Assembly: GCA_021785435.1 (NCBI GenBank)
Contig: JAJYFE010000005.1
Coordinates: 1 to 56,352 of the forward strand
Source of the DNA: Planctomycetota bacterium
Lineage (GTDB): Bacteria; Planctomycetota; Phycisphaerae; WQYP01
DNA length: 56,352 bases
Direction of reading: 5' to 3'
Position 1 is the first letter of the stretch. Every line of letters begins with the position of its first letter. The translations under genes were made by a program, and so were the position numbers. The notes below the pieces were generated by a model. It made no database searches. It was not told where the DNA came from and worked only from the letters and a program-made list of their open reading frames with translations. Positions 41,114 to 50,840 of this stretch are shown here, piece by piece.

Positions 41114-42244
41114 ATGGTATCCCCGAAATTGTGGCAACAGTTTTTCTGCGGCGGATGGTGGCGCTGGTTGCGTAAGATCACGCTCACTGTGGCGTTGGTG
41201 GCGCTGGTGACGGCGCTGCTGCTAAGGTTTACCGGAGCCTTGGCGCCGAAAATTCCCGCCGGCTCAGTGCCCACAGCGGTCGGTCCGCCCTATCGCGGCC
41301 CTTACGCCGTGGCGCGGCTGGAAACCATTCCCGAGACGATCCGGGCGGTGGGCACGGTTCGCCCCATTGAACCGGTGGTGCTCACGCCGCGAATAACGGG
41401 CCGCGTGGTTTATAGCGCGCTTTTCGCGGGAGCCAGGGTGCACCGCGGCGAAGTGCTGCTCCGGCTGGACGACGTTCAATTGAAAGCCGAGTTGGCGCAG
41501 GCCGTCGCCGCGGTATTCTTGGCGAAGGCGCAACTGCACCAGGCGCGCATCGATCAGCGGCGTGACCAAACGCTCCTGGCCACCGGCGATGTCACGCGTG
41601 CCGCGATGGATCTCGCCGATACGAAGGTAGCGGTGGATCGGGCGGACGTCGCCCGGGCCCTGGCGGCCCGGAAAACCGCGCGAACGGTGCTCGGTTACGC
41701 GACCATCCGCAGCCCCCTCAACGGCCTGGTCATGCGCAAATTCGTCAGCGTCGGCGACATGGCCCTGCCCGGCCAAGCGCTGGCGGATTTGTACGATCCC
41801 CGGAAATTGCAATTGGCGGCCGTGGTGCGGGAGGCGCTGGCGTCGGACTTGCGGCTGGGGCAAAAACTACCGGTGCGGCTGGAGGGGCTTCGGACCACGG
41901 TGGCGGCGCGGATTCGGGAGATTGTGCCGCGCGTCAACGCCCGAACCCGCAGCTTTACGGTGAAGGCGGCCGGAGTCTTCCCCGCCGGAGTTTGGCCCGG
42001 CATGTACGGCACGCTGCGGATTCCGACCGGCCAACAGAAAGTTCTGGTGATTCCGGCGGCTGCCATCCGGCACGTGGGTGAGTTGGACCTGGTAACGTTG
42101 GTGGAGCATGGCCGGCGGGTGCGGCAGACCGTGCAGCCCGGCCGGCGCTTAGGGGCGCTGCGTGAAATCCTGGCCGGTCTGACCGCCGGCCAGCGTGTGG
42201 TGATTCCCCGCGTCCGCCATACGCTCCCGGCGCCGGCGGGATAA
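41114..42244 (+). CDS. RND efflux periplasmic adaptor subunit
   Basis: N-terminal TM, G..V.RGEVL..LD lipoyl half-motif, helical hairpin, I.SP..G.V, PGMYG and GL.AG.RV. Confidence 0.92.
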   Translation: MVSPKLWQQFFCGGWWRWLRKITLTVALVALVTALLLRFTGALAPKIPAGSVPTAVGPPYRGPYAVARLETIPETIRAVGTVRPIEPVVLTPRITGRVVYSALFAGARVHRGEVLLRLDDVQLKAELAQAVAAVFLAKAQLHQARIDQRRDQTLLATGDVTRAAMDLADTKVAVDRADVARALAARKTARTVLGYATIRSPLNGLVMRKFVSVGDMALPGQALADLYDPRKLQLAAVVREALASDLRLGQKLPVRLEGLRTTVAARIREIVPRVNARTRSFTVKAAGVFPAGVWPGMYGTLRIPTGQQKVLVIPAAAIRHVGELDLVTLVEHGRRVRQTVQPGRRLGALREILAGLTAGQRVVIPRVRHTLPAPAG

Positions 42245-42418
42245 AAAGGGACCGTGGCGGCGGAGGGCGCCGTGTGGTAATACGATGGCGCGCGACCGGG
42301 CGCGCCCCAACCAATCTCCGCGGCGACGCTTCGACCGGGTTATCAACCGGTGCTCGGTTCTGTTTTGATCGTTCGCGGACGGCCGCCGCGCTGACGGCAG
42401 GGGGCAATGGGGTAAATC

Positions 42419-45400
42419 ATGGACCAACAACGTTCCGATAGCGCCAATCAACTCACGGCGATCGAACGGCTGGTCAAGCTGTTTTTGTACTCTAAACTTT
42501 CGCTGGTGCTTATTCTGCTGGCCGTAGCCCTGGGCGTGGCGGCCCTGGTCATCACGCCGCGCGAAAAAGATCCGCAAATCGTCGTGCCCATGGTGGATAT
42601 TTACGTCAGCTTTCCGGGCCACAGCGCCAAAAGCGTTGAACAACTGGTCACCACGCCGCTGGAGCGAATTCTATATCACATTCATGGCGTGCAATATGTA
42701 TATTCCACCAGTCAGCGCGACCAGGCATTGGTGACCGCCCGGTTTTTCGTCGGGCAGAATCTGGAACGCAGCATCGTCAAGGTGTTCCGGGAGTTCAAGG
42801 AGCATAGGAGCCTGATTCCGCCGGGGGTGGCGGGATGGGTGATTAAACCGGAGACGATCAATGACGTACCGATAGTGACGTTCACGCTTACCAGCCGGAG
42901 GGCCAGCGCGGTCGCCCTGCGGGAAACGGCGGAGGAACTGGCGGCCCGCTTGGCGGCGGCGCCGGATGTTTCCCGGGCCTACGTGGTCGGCGGTCGGCCC
43001 CGGGTGGTATACGCCTATCTGAATCCGGCCCGCCTGCACGCCTATAACCTGACCCCGCTGGAAATTGACCGCGACATCAAGGCCGCGGATGTCACCCTGA
43101 CCGCGGGCCGTTACAAGCGTAACAATCAGGAAATTCAGGTGCTCGCCGGTGTGGCGTTCGCCAATGCCCGGCAACTGGGGCGCCTGGTGGTGGCGGTGTG
43201 GCATCAACAGCCGGTGTACCTGCACGAAGTGGCCCGGGTGGTAGATGGTCCGGCGGAGGTTCATTCCTATGTGTGGCATACTTGGGGGCCGGCCGGGCAG
43301 GCCCCGGAAAACCTGGATTTCCCGGGGACGATGCTGGCGGGATCCACCGCGCGCAAAAGCGGCTCCGGGGCGCCGGCGGTGACGGTCGCGGTCGCCAAAA
43401 AGGCGGGCAGCAACGCGGTCTGGGTGTCCGCGGATGTCATCTCACGGGCCAGGAAGCTGGCCCGGGTGCTGATCCCCCACGACATGAATCTGATTATCAC
43501 GCGCAACAGTGGCCTGTCCGCCAACGCCAAAGTCGACTCGCTGGTGGAAGGGTTGCTGGTGGCGATTGTCATCGTCGTCGCCCTGCTGATCATCGGGCTG
43601 GGTTGGCGGGAATCCGTGATCGTGGCGGTGGCCATACCCGTGGTGTTCGGGCTGACGCTGACCTGCAACCTGCTGCTCGGATTCACGATCAATCGCGTGA
43701 CGCTTTTCGCGCTGATCTTATCGCTGGGTTTGCTGGTGGATGATCCCATTGTGGACGTGGAAAACATCAGCCGGCATTTTGCGTTGGAAGGCCGGGCCAC
43801 GCGGAGGATCGCGCTGAAAGCCATTTCCGAAATCCTCCCTCCGCTGATTGTGGCCACGCTGGCGGTGATTCTTTCCTTCGTTCCGATGTTCTTCATTACC
43901 GGCATGATGGGACCGTACATGCGTCCGATGGCGTTCAACGTACCGGTGGCCATGATCGTATCCATGCTGGTGGCGTTTACCATCACACCGTGGCTAAGCT
44001 TCCATTTGCTTAAGCACAAGCCTCACGAAACGAAACTCCACGCCCGGGAGGACTCCGCCGATCCGCAGGTCCGGTCGGTGATCACGCATACCCTGCGTTA
44101 CCGGATTTTTTCCCCCCTGCTCGGGTCGCTGCTGAAATTTCGGCTGGCGCGTTGGGGCTTTCTGGCGGCGGTGGCCGGGATCACGGCGGCGGCGATCGCC
44201 TTGCCGGCTTTACGCATGATTCCGTTGAAAATGCTGCCGTTCAGCGATCAAAGCAATCTGCTGATCGTCGTGCACGCTCCCCGCGGCACAACCCTGCAGC
44301 AAACCGACGCCGCCACCCGGGCGCTGGCGGAACGGCTCCAGCGGCTGCGGGAGGTGGTGGATCTGACCAGTTATGTCGGGGTGGCGGCGCCGATGGATTT
44401 CAACGGTCTGGTGCGCCATTACTTCCTGCGCAATCAGCCCAACGACGCCCAGATCGCCGTCGATTTAGCGGGCAAGAAGCAACGCGCCATGCAGACCCAT
44501 GAAATCGCTCTGCGCATCCGCCATTCCCTTACGGCCATTGCCCGGCGCTTCGGCGTGCGCCTGCAGATTGTCGAGGCTCCGCCGGGACCGCCGGTGCTGG
44601 ACACCATCGTCGGGGAAATCTACGGTGCGCCAACCACCAGCTACCATGAAATGCAGTTGGCGGCCCGGACGTTGCGCCACCGCCTGAGGCTGGAACCGGA
44701 CGTGGTGGATGTGGACGATTCCGTGCAAGCGCCGGAGAAACAACTGGTTTTTGTCACCGACCAGCGCAAGGCGGCGCTTAACGGCATAAGCACGGCGGAA
44801 ATTTCGCAAACGCTGGCCCTGGCCCTGGGCGGGCAAGTCGCGGGAATTATTCACGCCCCGCGTCAGCGGCAGCCGCTGAACATTATTCTTCGCCTGCCCA
44901 GAGCGCGGCGTTCCAGCCCGGTGGATTTAGCCAAGATTTTCGTCCGTGGCACCAACGGGGCGCTGGTTCCGTTGGCGGAATTGGGGCGCTGGCGGCAGGA
45001 ATGGGCCGGCGAAGCCATTTACCATAAAGACCTCCGTCGCGTGGTGTATGTATACGCCGATACCGCCGGCCGGCCGCCGGTCAACGCCATTCTGGATGTG
45101 GAGGCGGACCGCCGGCCCGACGCCAACACCCCCGCTCTGGCGGGCATGACGCAGGTCGGCGCCGGATGGATTCATCAGGTGAAACCTCGACCGCTTTCCG
45201 CCCGGTCCTATTTTCATAACGGTTCCGGCATCGCCTGGCAGTTGCCGCGGGGACTGTCGGTTAATTTCGCCGGCGAGGGTGAGTGGCGCATCACCCTGCA
45301 CGTATTTCGCGATCTGGGTATCGCGTTTGGGGCGGCCATGGTCGGCATCTATATTCTGCTGGTCGCCCAGACCGGGTCTTTCCTGCTGCCTCTGGTGATC

Positions 45401-45865
45401 ATGCTGGCCATTCCGCTGACCATCCCCGGCGTCATGCCCGGCTTCTGGGTGCTGAATCTGCTGACGGCGCACCGTGTCGGCGGTTATCAGGACGTGGTCT
45501 TTTTCACCGCCACCGCCATGATTGGGATGATTGCCTTGGCCGGCATCGTGACGCGTAATTCGGTGATCCTGATCGATTTTATTCACCGGTCGCTGGCCCG
45601 CGGGCAAAGCCTGTATGACGCGATACTCGAGAGCGTGGTGGTGCGGATGCGTCCGATTCTGCTGACCGCGGGGGCCGCCATGTTTTCATCGACGCCCATT
45701 TTGAGCGATCCGATTTTTTCCGGCCTGGCGTGGGCGCTGATTTTCGGCCTGCTGGCCTCGACAGTGTTTACGCTCTTTGTGGTGCCCGTGACCTACTGGA
45801 TTCTCTTCGCACGCCAGCCGGGCCACGGGGCGCCCCGGAAGGCGGACGGGCCAGGCCAGGATTGA
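42419..45865 (+). CDS. RND efflux permease subunit (AcrB/AcrD/AcrF family)
   Basis: TPREKDPQI.VP, LGLLVDD.IV.VENI, GIV.RNS..LIDF and R.RPILLTA motifs. Confidence 0.95.
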   Translation: MDQQRSDSANQLTAIERLVKLFLYSKLSLVLILLAVALGVAALVITPREKDPQIVVPMVDIYVSFPGHSAKSVEQLVTTPLERILYHIHGVQYVYSTSQRDQALVTARFFVGQNLERSIVKVFREFKEHRSLIPPGVAGWVIKPETINDVPIVTFTLTSRRASAVALRETAEELAARLAAAPDVSRAYVVGGRPRVVYAYLNPARLHAYNLTPLEIDRDIKAADVTLTAGRYKRNNQEIQVLAGVAFANARQLGRLVVAVWHQQPVYLHEVARVVDGPAEVHSYVWHTWGPAGQAPENLDFPGTMLAGSTARKSGSGAPAVTVAVAKKAGSNAVWVSADVISRARKLARVLIPHDMNLIITRNSGLSANAKVDSLVEGLLVAIVIVVALLIIGLGWRESVIVAVAIPVVFGLTLTCNLLLGFTINRVTLFALILSLGLLVDDPIVDVENISRHFALEGRATRRIALKAISEILPPLIVATLAVILSFVPMFFITGMMGPYMRPMAFNVPVAMIVSMLVAFTITPWLSFHLLKHKPHETKLHAREDSADPQVRSVITHTLRYRIFSPLLGSLLKFRLARWGFLAAVAGITAAAIALPALRMIPLKMLPFSDQSNLLIVVHAPRGTTLQQTDAATRALAERLQRLREVVDLTSYVGVAAPMDFNGLVRHYFLRNQPNDAQIAVDLAGKKQRAMQTHEIALRIRHSLTAIARRFGVRLQIVEAPPGPPVLDTIVGEIYGAPTTSYHEMQLAARTLRHRLRLEPDVVDVDDSVQAPEKQLVFVTDQRKAALNGISTAEISQTLALALGGQVAGIIHAPRQRQPLNIILRLPRARRSSPVDLAKIFVRGTNGALVPLAELGRWRQEWAGEAIYHKDLRRVVYVYADTAGRPPVNAILDVEADRRPDANTPALAGMTQVGAGWIHQVKPRPLSARSYFHNGSGIAWQLPRGLSVNFAGEGEWRITLHVFRDLGIAFGAAMVGIYILLVAQTGSFLLPLVIMLAIPLTIPGVMPGFWVLNLLTAHRVGGYQDVVFFTATAMIGMIALAGIVTRNSVILIDFIHRSLARGQSLYDAILESVVVRMRPILLTAGAAMFSSTPILSDPIFSGLAWALIFGLLASTVFTLFVVPVTYWILFARQPGHGAPRKADGPGQD

Positions 45866-45872
45866 CCGCCGG

Positions 45873-46448
45873 TTAATCCAGCGGTTGCAGCGCGGCGTGG
45901 TGCAGACTGCGATAAACAACCCCTTGAGCGGAAGGCGTACTTTGCATCAGCGACACTTCACCTACCGGCCAGGGCCCGAGCGGTGCAATCCGCCCCGCCG
46001 CAAAACGCTCCAGCCGGCGCAGCAGTTTGTTTAGCGAATGGTTGCTCCGCACGCGACCGAGCGTCAGGTGCGGGCGCAGGGGCCGCGTGTCCAGAGGGAT
46101 CCCCAGCCCGGCGAATTCCTGATCGATCCGCCGATGCAGCCGGTTTAACCGCTGATCCGGCGACACCACCTCGGCCATGATTATGCGGACCTGCCCCCGC
46201 ACTTCCAGACGGGACAATCCAGATATCGACAGAGCAAACGCGGGCGTTTCCGCGGCGGCCTGGTCCAGACGATTGCGAATCTCCGCCCAGCGCGCCTCCG
46301 CGATTTCTCCGATGAATTTGACGGTGAGGTGATATTGCTCCGGCGGCACCCAACGCACCTGGGCGGGAATTCGCGCCAGCTGTTGCTGCCATTCTGACAA
46401 TTGTCCGGCAATATCCAGGCGGACGCCTACTGCCACAAACAGACGCAT
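45873..46448 (-). CDS. thpR: RNA 2',3'-cyclic phosphodiesterase (2H phosphoesterase, LigT/ThpR)
   Basis: MRLFVAV, RWV...YHLTVKFIG and PHLTLGR (two HxT motifs), L.QS....G.VY. Confidence 0.93.
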   Translation of the reverse strand: MRLFVAVGVRLDIAGQLSEWQQQLARIPAQVRWVPPEQYHLTVKFIGEIAEARWAEIRNRLDQAAAETPAFALSISGLSRLEVRGQVRIIMAEVVSPDQRLNRLHRRIDQEFAGLGIPLDTRPLRPHLTLGRVRSNHSLNKLLRRLERFAAGRIAPLGPWPVGEVSLMQSTPSAQGVVYRSLHHAALQPLD

Positions 46449-46536
46449 GGATTGGTTCCTTTCCGCTGGCGACGGGCGTGCACAGATAATGTGGATTCTC
46501 GCAGAAAGCGACCACGAAATAAACCGCCTACGGCTC

Positions 46537-46689
46537 TGTCAAGCGGTCAATTCCTGGGGGGAGAAAGAGTCCCCGCCCCGCCGCCGAACCCCGAGCACCG
46601 GCCTCCGGGTCGCCGTAGCGAGTCGCCGGCGGCGACCCGGTGAATGGCGGCGGCCGGGATACCCGAAAGATAAGTGGTGACAGAGCACT
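46537..46689 (-). ncRNA. candidate structured RNA / cis-regulatory element, copy B
   Basis: Homologous to 6460-6600, with a 14-nt insertion at the tip of the central CCGGGTCGCCG/CGGCGACCCGG stem. Confidence 0.55.
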
Positions 46690-46986
46690 GCTCGGCGATC
46701 AATAAACCGTGCGCGGTGATCCGATTCACGGCACATATGGCTTCCGGGCCTGTTGGCAACGTTGAATCTTTTTCGCGGGCGGCTTGGGACCCGGGTTAAG
46801 GTTCTGTCAGCGCCGCGCTAAGCAGGCGCATGGCTGCCGTCCCGGGGCGGCTATTATCCAAGAACATACCTTTCACCCATCAAATCCTAACAAATCTCAG
46901 CATAAATATGGGCGTATCCCACGCCGAATGGTTCGCGGCGCGGGTTTGGAGTTGTGGTTGTTTTCTTCTTCTTAAGGAGTTCCATC

Positions 46987-48450
46987 ATGGCGAGTGTTAC
47001 CAGCACCACGGGAATTAAAGGACGGGCTTTCGCGGCCGCCCTGGGGGCCGCTCTGGCCGCCATGGGCGCGACTTGGAACGCCGGGCCGGCGTGCGCTGCG
47101 GATCCGACCAATGCCCAATTACAGGCCGAGATTAAGGCTCTGAAAACCGAGGTCGCCCAATTGCAGGCCAAACCGGCCACGGGCGATCAGCAATGGACCC
47201 GCACGCAGGAAGCGGCCCAGATGAAGGCCATTGCCGAGGAAGTCATGGCGGAAAGTCGGAAGCAGCAGGCTTCCGCACTGCAGGCCGGCTACAACAACGG
47301 CTTTTTCATCCAGACGCCGAATAAGGATTTCAAGCTGACGATCAATGGCTACCTGCAGTTCCGCTACAGCTACGCCGCGGCCGGAAATGACACTACGCCC
47401 GCCGGTGCCGCGGGTGAGCATAAGGACTACAGCGGGTTTAACTTCCGCCGGGCCCGCTTGATCTTGTCGGGGAATGCCTTTAAGAATTTCATTTACTGCA
47501 TCTCCGGGGATTTCGAGACGGGAATCAGCGGAGCGCCGGCCGGCAGTAACAACGCTTTCGCCATTCTCGACACCTGGGCGGGCTACCGATTCAGCCCGAT
47601 GTTCATTGTGCGGGCCGGCTCCATGCTGGTGCCGTTTACGCATGTGGAATACTTTTCCTCGGGAACCGAATTTCCGGACTTCGCGGTGAGTGAATATCCG
47701 TTTGATCCGGTCCGTTCGGACGCGCTGGATCTGGAAGGGGCCATCGTGCCGCACACGTTTAACTACGAAATCCAGATCAACAATGGTTCCACGTCGCAGG
47801 ACAACGGGCCAGTGGGACCGGGGGGGCACTTTGGAAATCGGATGGGGGTATACGGTCGGGTTAATTTCGCCCAAGGCGGGCCTATTTCAGATTTCAACGA
47901 TTCGCCGGATGTGGCCTGGCACCGGCACTTGGCCTGGCTGATCGGCGCTGCGGCCGGTTATGAATCGCAGAATTCCACCTTGCAGACCACCACGTCGTTT
48001 CCCAGCCTCGGTGAATGGGAAACCGGCGCTGGCAACTACACCCTCAACGGAAGCCTGTCCCGCTTCACCATCGATGCCCATGCCAAGTATCGCGGCTTTG
48101 CTTTCAACAGCGCGCTATACCTGCAGAACATCAGTGACGATGCCCCCTCGCCGGCACTGGCCGGGTATGCCTCGGTTTTGGAGACTGGCTACTATGTCGA
48201 AGGCGGTTATTTTGTTATCCCCCACCGGTGGGAGCTGGCCGCCCGGTTCGGCGAGCTGCTGTTCAATCACAGCTCCGAGCACCAATACGAAGCCACCGGT
48301 GGCGTGAACTACTATATCTTCGGCGAAAACGCCAAGATTCAGGCTGCGGTTACCTACGTTAATAATGCCGCCTACACCAACAGCAACCTGGGTACAACCG
48401 TCGGGACCGACGACCTGATTGGTCAGATTCAGTTGCAATTCAAGTTCTAA
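46987..48450 (+). CDS. outer-membrane porin (OprO/OprP-like) with N-terminal coiled coil
   Basis: Signal peptide, coiled coil, GY..GFFI...DF.L.ING.LQFRY, F..RRARL..SG, alternating beta-strands and C-terminal QLQFKF; SD AAGGAG upstream. Confidence 0.85.
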   Translation: MASVTSTTGIKGRAFAAALGAALAAMGATWNAGPACAADPTNAQLQAEIKALKTEVAQLQAKPATGDQQWTRTQEAAQMKAIAEEVMAESRKQQASALQAGYNNGFFIQTPNKDFKLTINGYLQFRYSYAAAGNDTTPAGAAGEHKDYSGFNFRRARLILSGNAFKNFIYCISGDFETGISGAPAGSNNAFAILDTWAGYRFSPMFIVRAGSMLVPFTHVEYFSSGTEFPDFAVSEYPFDPVRSDALDLEGAIVPHTFNYEIQINNGSTSQDNGPVGPGGHFGNRMGVYGRVNFAQGGPISDFNDSPDVAWHRHLAWLIGAAAGYESQNSTLQTTTSFPSLGEWETGAGNYTLNGSLSRFTIDAHAKYRGFAFNSALYLQNISDDAPSPALAGYASVLETGYYVEGGYFVIPHRWELAARFGELLFNHSSEHQYEATGGVNYYIFGENAKIQAAVTYVNNAAYTNSNLGTTVGTDDLIGQIQLQFKF

Positions 48451-48481
48451 AGCCCGGCCACCCACAGCACATCTGTTCCCC

Positions 48482-48510
48482 GGCCCGCCGCTCAAGGCGG
48501 GCCTTTTTCT
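48482..48510 (+). terminator. intrinsic terminator after the porin gene
   Basis: GGCCCGCC-GCTCAA-GGCGGGCC followed by TTTTTCT. Confidence 0.85.
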
Positions 48511-48670
48511 TTGAGCCAGGCGCAAGAACCGCACCCGCGGGCCGGACGCGCGGCGCCCGGTTCGCTCCGCGGATACGGGCATGTTCGCAGCGGGTCGCCG
48601 CGGGCGGCCAAACTACTGAGGCCCCGCCAGCTGAAGGGTGCGGTTGGCGCTGGGACGCGCTGGTGCAATA

Positions 48671-49516
48671 TCAGGGGCCGCCCGGTCCCACCGGCACGAA
48701 AACCAGCACCGTTTCGCGCTGCGGCACACGGCGGGTTTGGGTCAGAAACCTGGCGGCGAGCGACAGGGCAGAGCGGCGGGCCGCCGCGGGCGCCAGCAGC
48801 AGGAAGTAATGCGGCGGAATGGCCGCGTCGATGCGCATAGTGGTGAACACGCGCTGCAGCGGCTGTACGCCGGCCACCACCCCCAGAGCGGCCGGTCCCC
48901 GCTGGAATGCCACGGTGCCCAGGTCGACCGCAGGTTCCAATTGCACGATAGTTTCGGATGAATCGGGCCGAACGTGGGCGGCCAGCAGAAACACATTGTC
49001 ACAATCTTGGTAGGTCCGGACTGTCAGGCCGCCGTCCAAGCCCCGCCACGCCACAATTTCCCGTCGCACGTTCGCCCGGGCCGTCAGGGTAACGGGATGG
49101 ATGGCCGACAGTTGGCAATAAATGCGTTGGTGCGTAGCGCCGGGACGGTTTAAAAGCTGGGCGATGGTTTTCCAGGCGGTGAACGGCGCCAGACCGGCCC
49201 GGAAGCCGTTGGCGGCCAAAAGGGCCGTCGTCGCATCGGCGTTGGCCACCGGTCGCAGCAATTTCCACACGCCGGGGTTGTTGCTGCACGCTCCCAGCGG
49301 CAGGTGCAAAACCAACACCTGAACCTGCAGCGCCGGCGGGAACGGCGACGCGCGGGCGGCAGGTGCTGATACGTGCGGCGTGGGCGGCGCACGGTTCAGC
49401 GAGACCAGAAAAGGGCCTCTCTTCACTGTACAGCTGGCAAGCAGTAACAGACTGGTCGTTCCCAATACACCGGCCGCCGCCAAGGCGGCGCTGCGGAAGC
49501 GTCTGGTCAGCCTCAT
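48671..49516 (-). CDS. hypothetical lipoprotein
   Basis: Basic N-terminus, hydrophobic stretch and LASC lipobox; long ORF with host-like codon use. Confidence 0.65.
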   Translation of the reverse strand: MRLTRRFRSAALAAAGVLGTTSLLLLASCTVKRGPFLVSLNRAPPTPHVSAPAARASPFPPALQVQVLVLHLPLGACSNNPGVWKLLRPVANADATTALLAANGFRAGLAPFTAWKTIAQLLNRPGATHQRIYCQLSAIHPVTLTARANVRREIVAWRGLDGGLTVRTYQDCDNVFLLAAHVRPDSSETIVQLEPAVDLGTVAFQRGPAALGVVAGVQPLQRVFTTMRIDAAIPPHYFLLLAPAAARRSALSLAARFLTQTRRVPQRETVLVFVPVGPGGP

Positions 49517-49600
49517 AGCGGCATGATACGCTGCGCCTGGCAGCGGTGGCAATATGGGGGACTAAATGTTCCGTTTTCGGGGTTCCGTTTTCAGAATGTT

Positions 49601-50029
49601 TCAGGCCAGAAAGTCGAAGGGATTGTTGATCGCACCGCCCTGGCCCAGGCGGGCGAGGATTTTTTCCGCGGTTTGCAGCAATTGGCGGAGTAATTGCTGG
49701 ATTTGCTTCTCTTCGACAGCGGACGGCGGCGGCGCCGATGTGATGACGGAAGTCGGGGGCGCGGCACCCTGCAGCGCCCACGGGTCTACGGCCGCCGCGT
49801 CGGGACGCCCCTCCCCATGGCGTGGCGTTTCTACCCGCTGACTTCGCTGCTCTAACGCGGGGACAAAGCGGCGCTGCAACTGGCGCCATTGCGGTGCGGT
49901 AAACGGCCGATCTTGGCGCCGACGTGGCGTGGCACGATCGGACGTGACTGTCTCCGCGGGCCGCGGCGTTTCGCGGAGCTCCTTTGGGAATGGTTCGGAT
50001 TCGAGCGACTGGGGTTCGTTTTCGGTCAT
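49601..50029 (-). CDS. hypothetical protein downstream of the phage neck-tail module
   Basis: GGAGG SD upstream of the ATG; low-complexity N-terminus and amphipathic C-terminal helix. Confidence 0.55.
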   Translation of the reverse strand: MTENEPQSLESEPFPKELRETPRPAETVTSDRATPRRRQDRPFTAPQWRQLQRRFVPALEQRSQRVETPRHGEGRPDAAAVDPWALQGAAPPTSVITSAPPPSAVEEKQIQQLLRQLLQTAEKILARLGQGGAINNPFDFLA

Positions 50030-50115
50030 GGCATGACCTCCGGTTGTGGTTTAATTGGTATTGGCACTACCTGCGCCAGCCGTTTTTCAGCTGTGCCCCG
50101 CCGGCCGCGCTATAT

Positions 50116-50260
50116 CACAATCCTTGAAAATCTTCGCGCGGTGTGAAGATTTTTGTTCGTCATCGGGACAGCATGTTCGCCGGCGGACCTGCTACCCCCG
50201 GCAAGGTCTCCAAAGGCGACTCCTCGATCCGCCTCCGTGCGGACCGGGGGCTATCGTTTT
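50116..50260. repeat. ~140-nt dispersed structured repeat, copy 1 (copy 2 at ~56034-56210)
   Basis: Shared CACAATCC..AA.ATCT.CGCGC.GTG.GAAGATTTT hairpin and CCCCCGGCAAGGTCTCC.AAGGCGACTCCTCGATCC...GCCTCCGTGCGGACCGGGGG. Confidence 0.8.
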
Positions 50261-50315
50261 TGGGTTGTCGACGTAGTTTAGTCGCCATGGTGACCCGCGT
50301 CGGGTCATCGGCGAA

Positions 50316-50702
50316 TTATGAATTTATCCAGGTTTTGGTGTACGGCCCTACCGATGCGATCTCCGCGGTAAATACGCTGACCTGCCCAACCTGCAGGCGG
50401 ATCCGTAAGCGGGTGAGATTGAAATTGCCGCTGACGACGCAGCCAGCGGCGGCGGTAAAGGTAATCGGCACATTCGCGTGCATGGCGGCCAGGCCAGGAT
50501 CATAATCCGTCAGCCAGCCGATGACGGTGCCCCGCAACCGCATTCCGGTCAGCACGCCGCCGCCATAGCCCGCGTCGAGAAACGATTCCGCATCTTTTTC
50601 GCGGAAATCCTCCTCCAGTTGAGCCTCATAAATATTGGCGGTCACGCCCGGTGGCAAGGTGACCGAAGCCGTCAGGCCGGACAGGGGAATGGGGCTGGAC
50701 AT
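50316..50702 (-). CDS. putative phage tail tube protein (minimal)
   Basis: 128 aa, beta-rich, SG..ASV start, D..SF loop, final F.AEI.S.G strand; lies after the tail terminator gene; strong SD AAGGAG. Confidence 0.6.
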   Translation of the reverse strand: MSSPIPLSGLTASVTLPPGVTANIYEAQLEEDFREKDAESFLDAGYGGGVLTGMRLRGTVIGWLTDYDPGLAAMHANVPITFTAAAGCVVSGNFNLTRLRIRLQVGQVSVFTAEIASVGPYTKTWINS

Positions 50703-50840
50703 GGTTGGGTCTCCTTATTTAGCGGTCAGCATGCAGCTTGCGGTGACCAGCGGGCGGCTGGGCCGCAGGTTTTCAGTTTTCGGTCCAGCGGGGCGAAGCT
50801 TCGGGTTTCAGTTCTCAGTAGCGCGCCCCGCGCAGCCTGG

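Noticed and set aside
46565-46660. HDV-like ribozyme fold on the plus strand
   Set aside because: The catalytic C position reads U (GGUGAAU), and the putative P2 pairing is not preserved in copy A.
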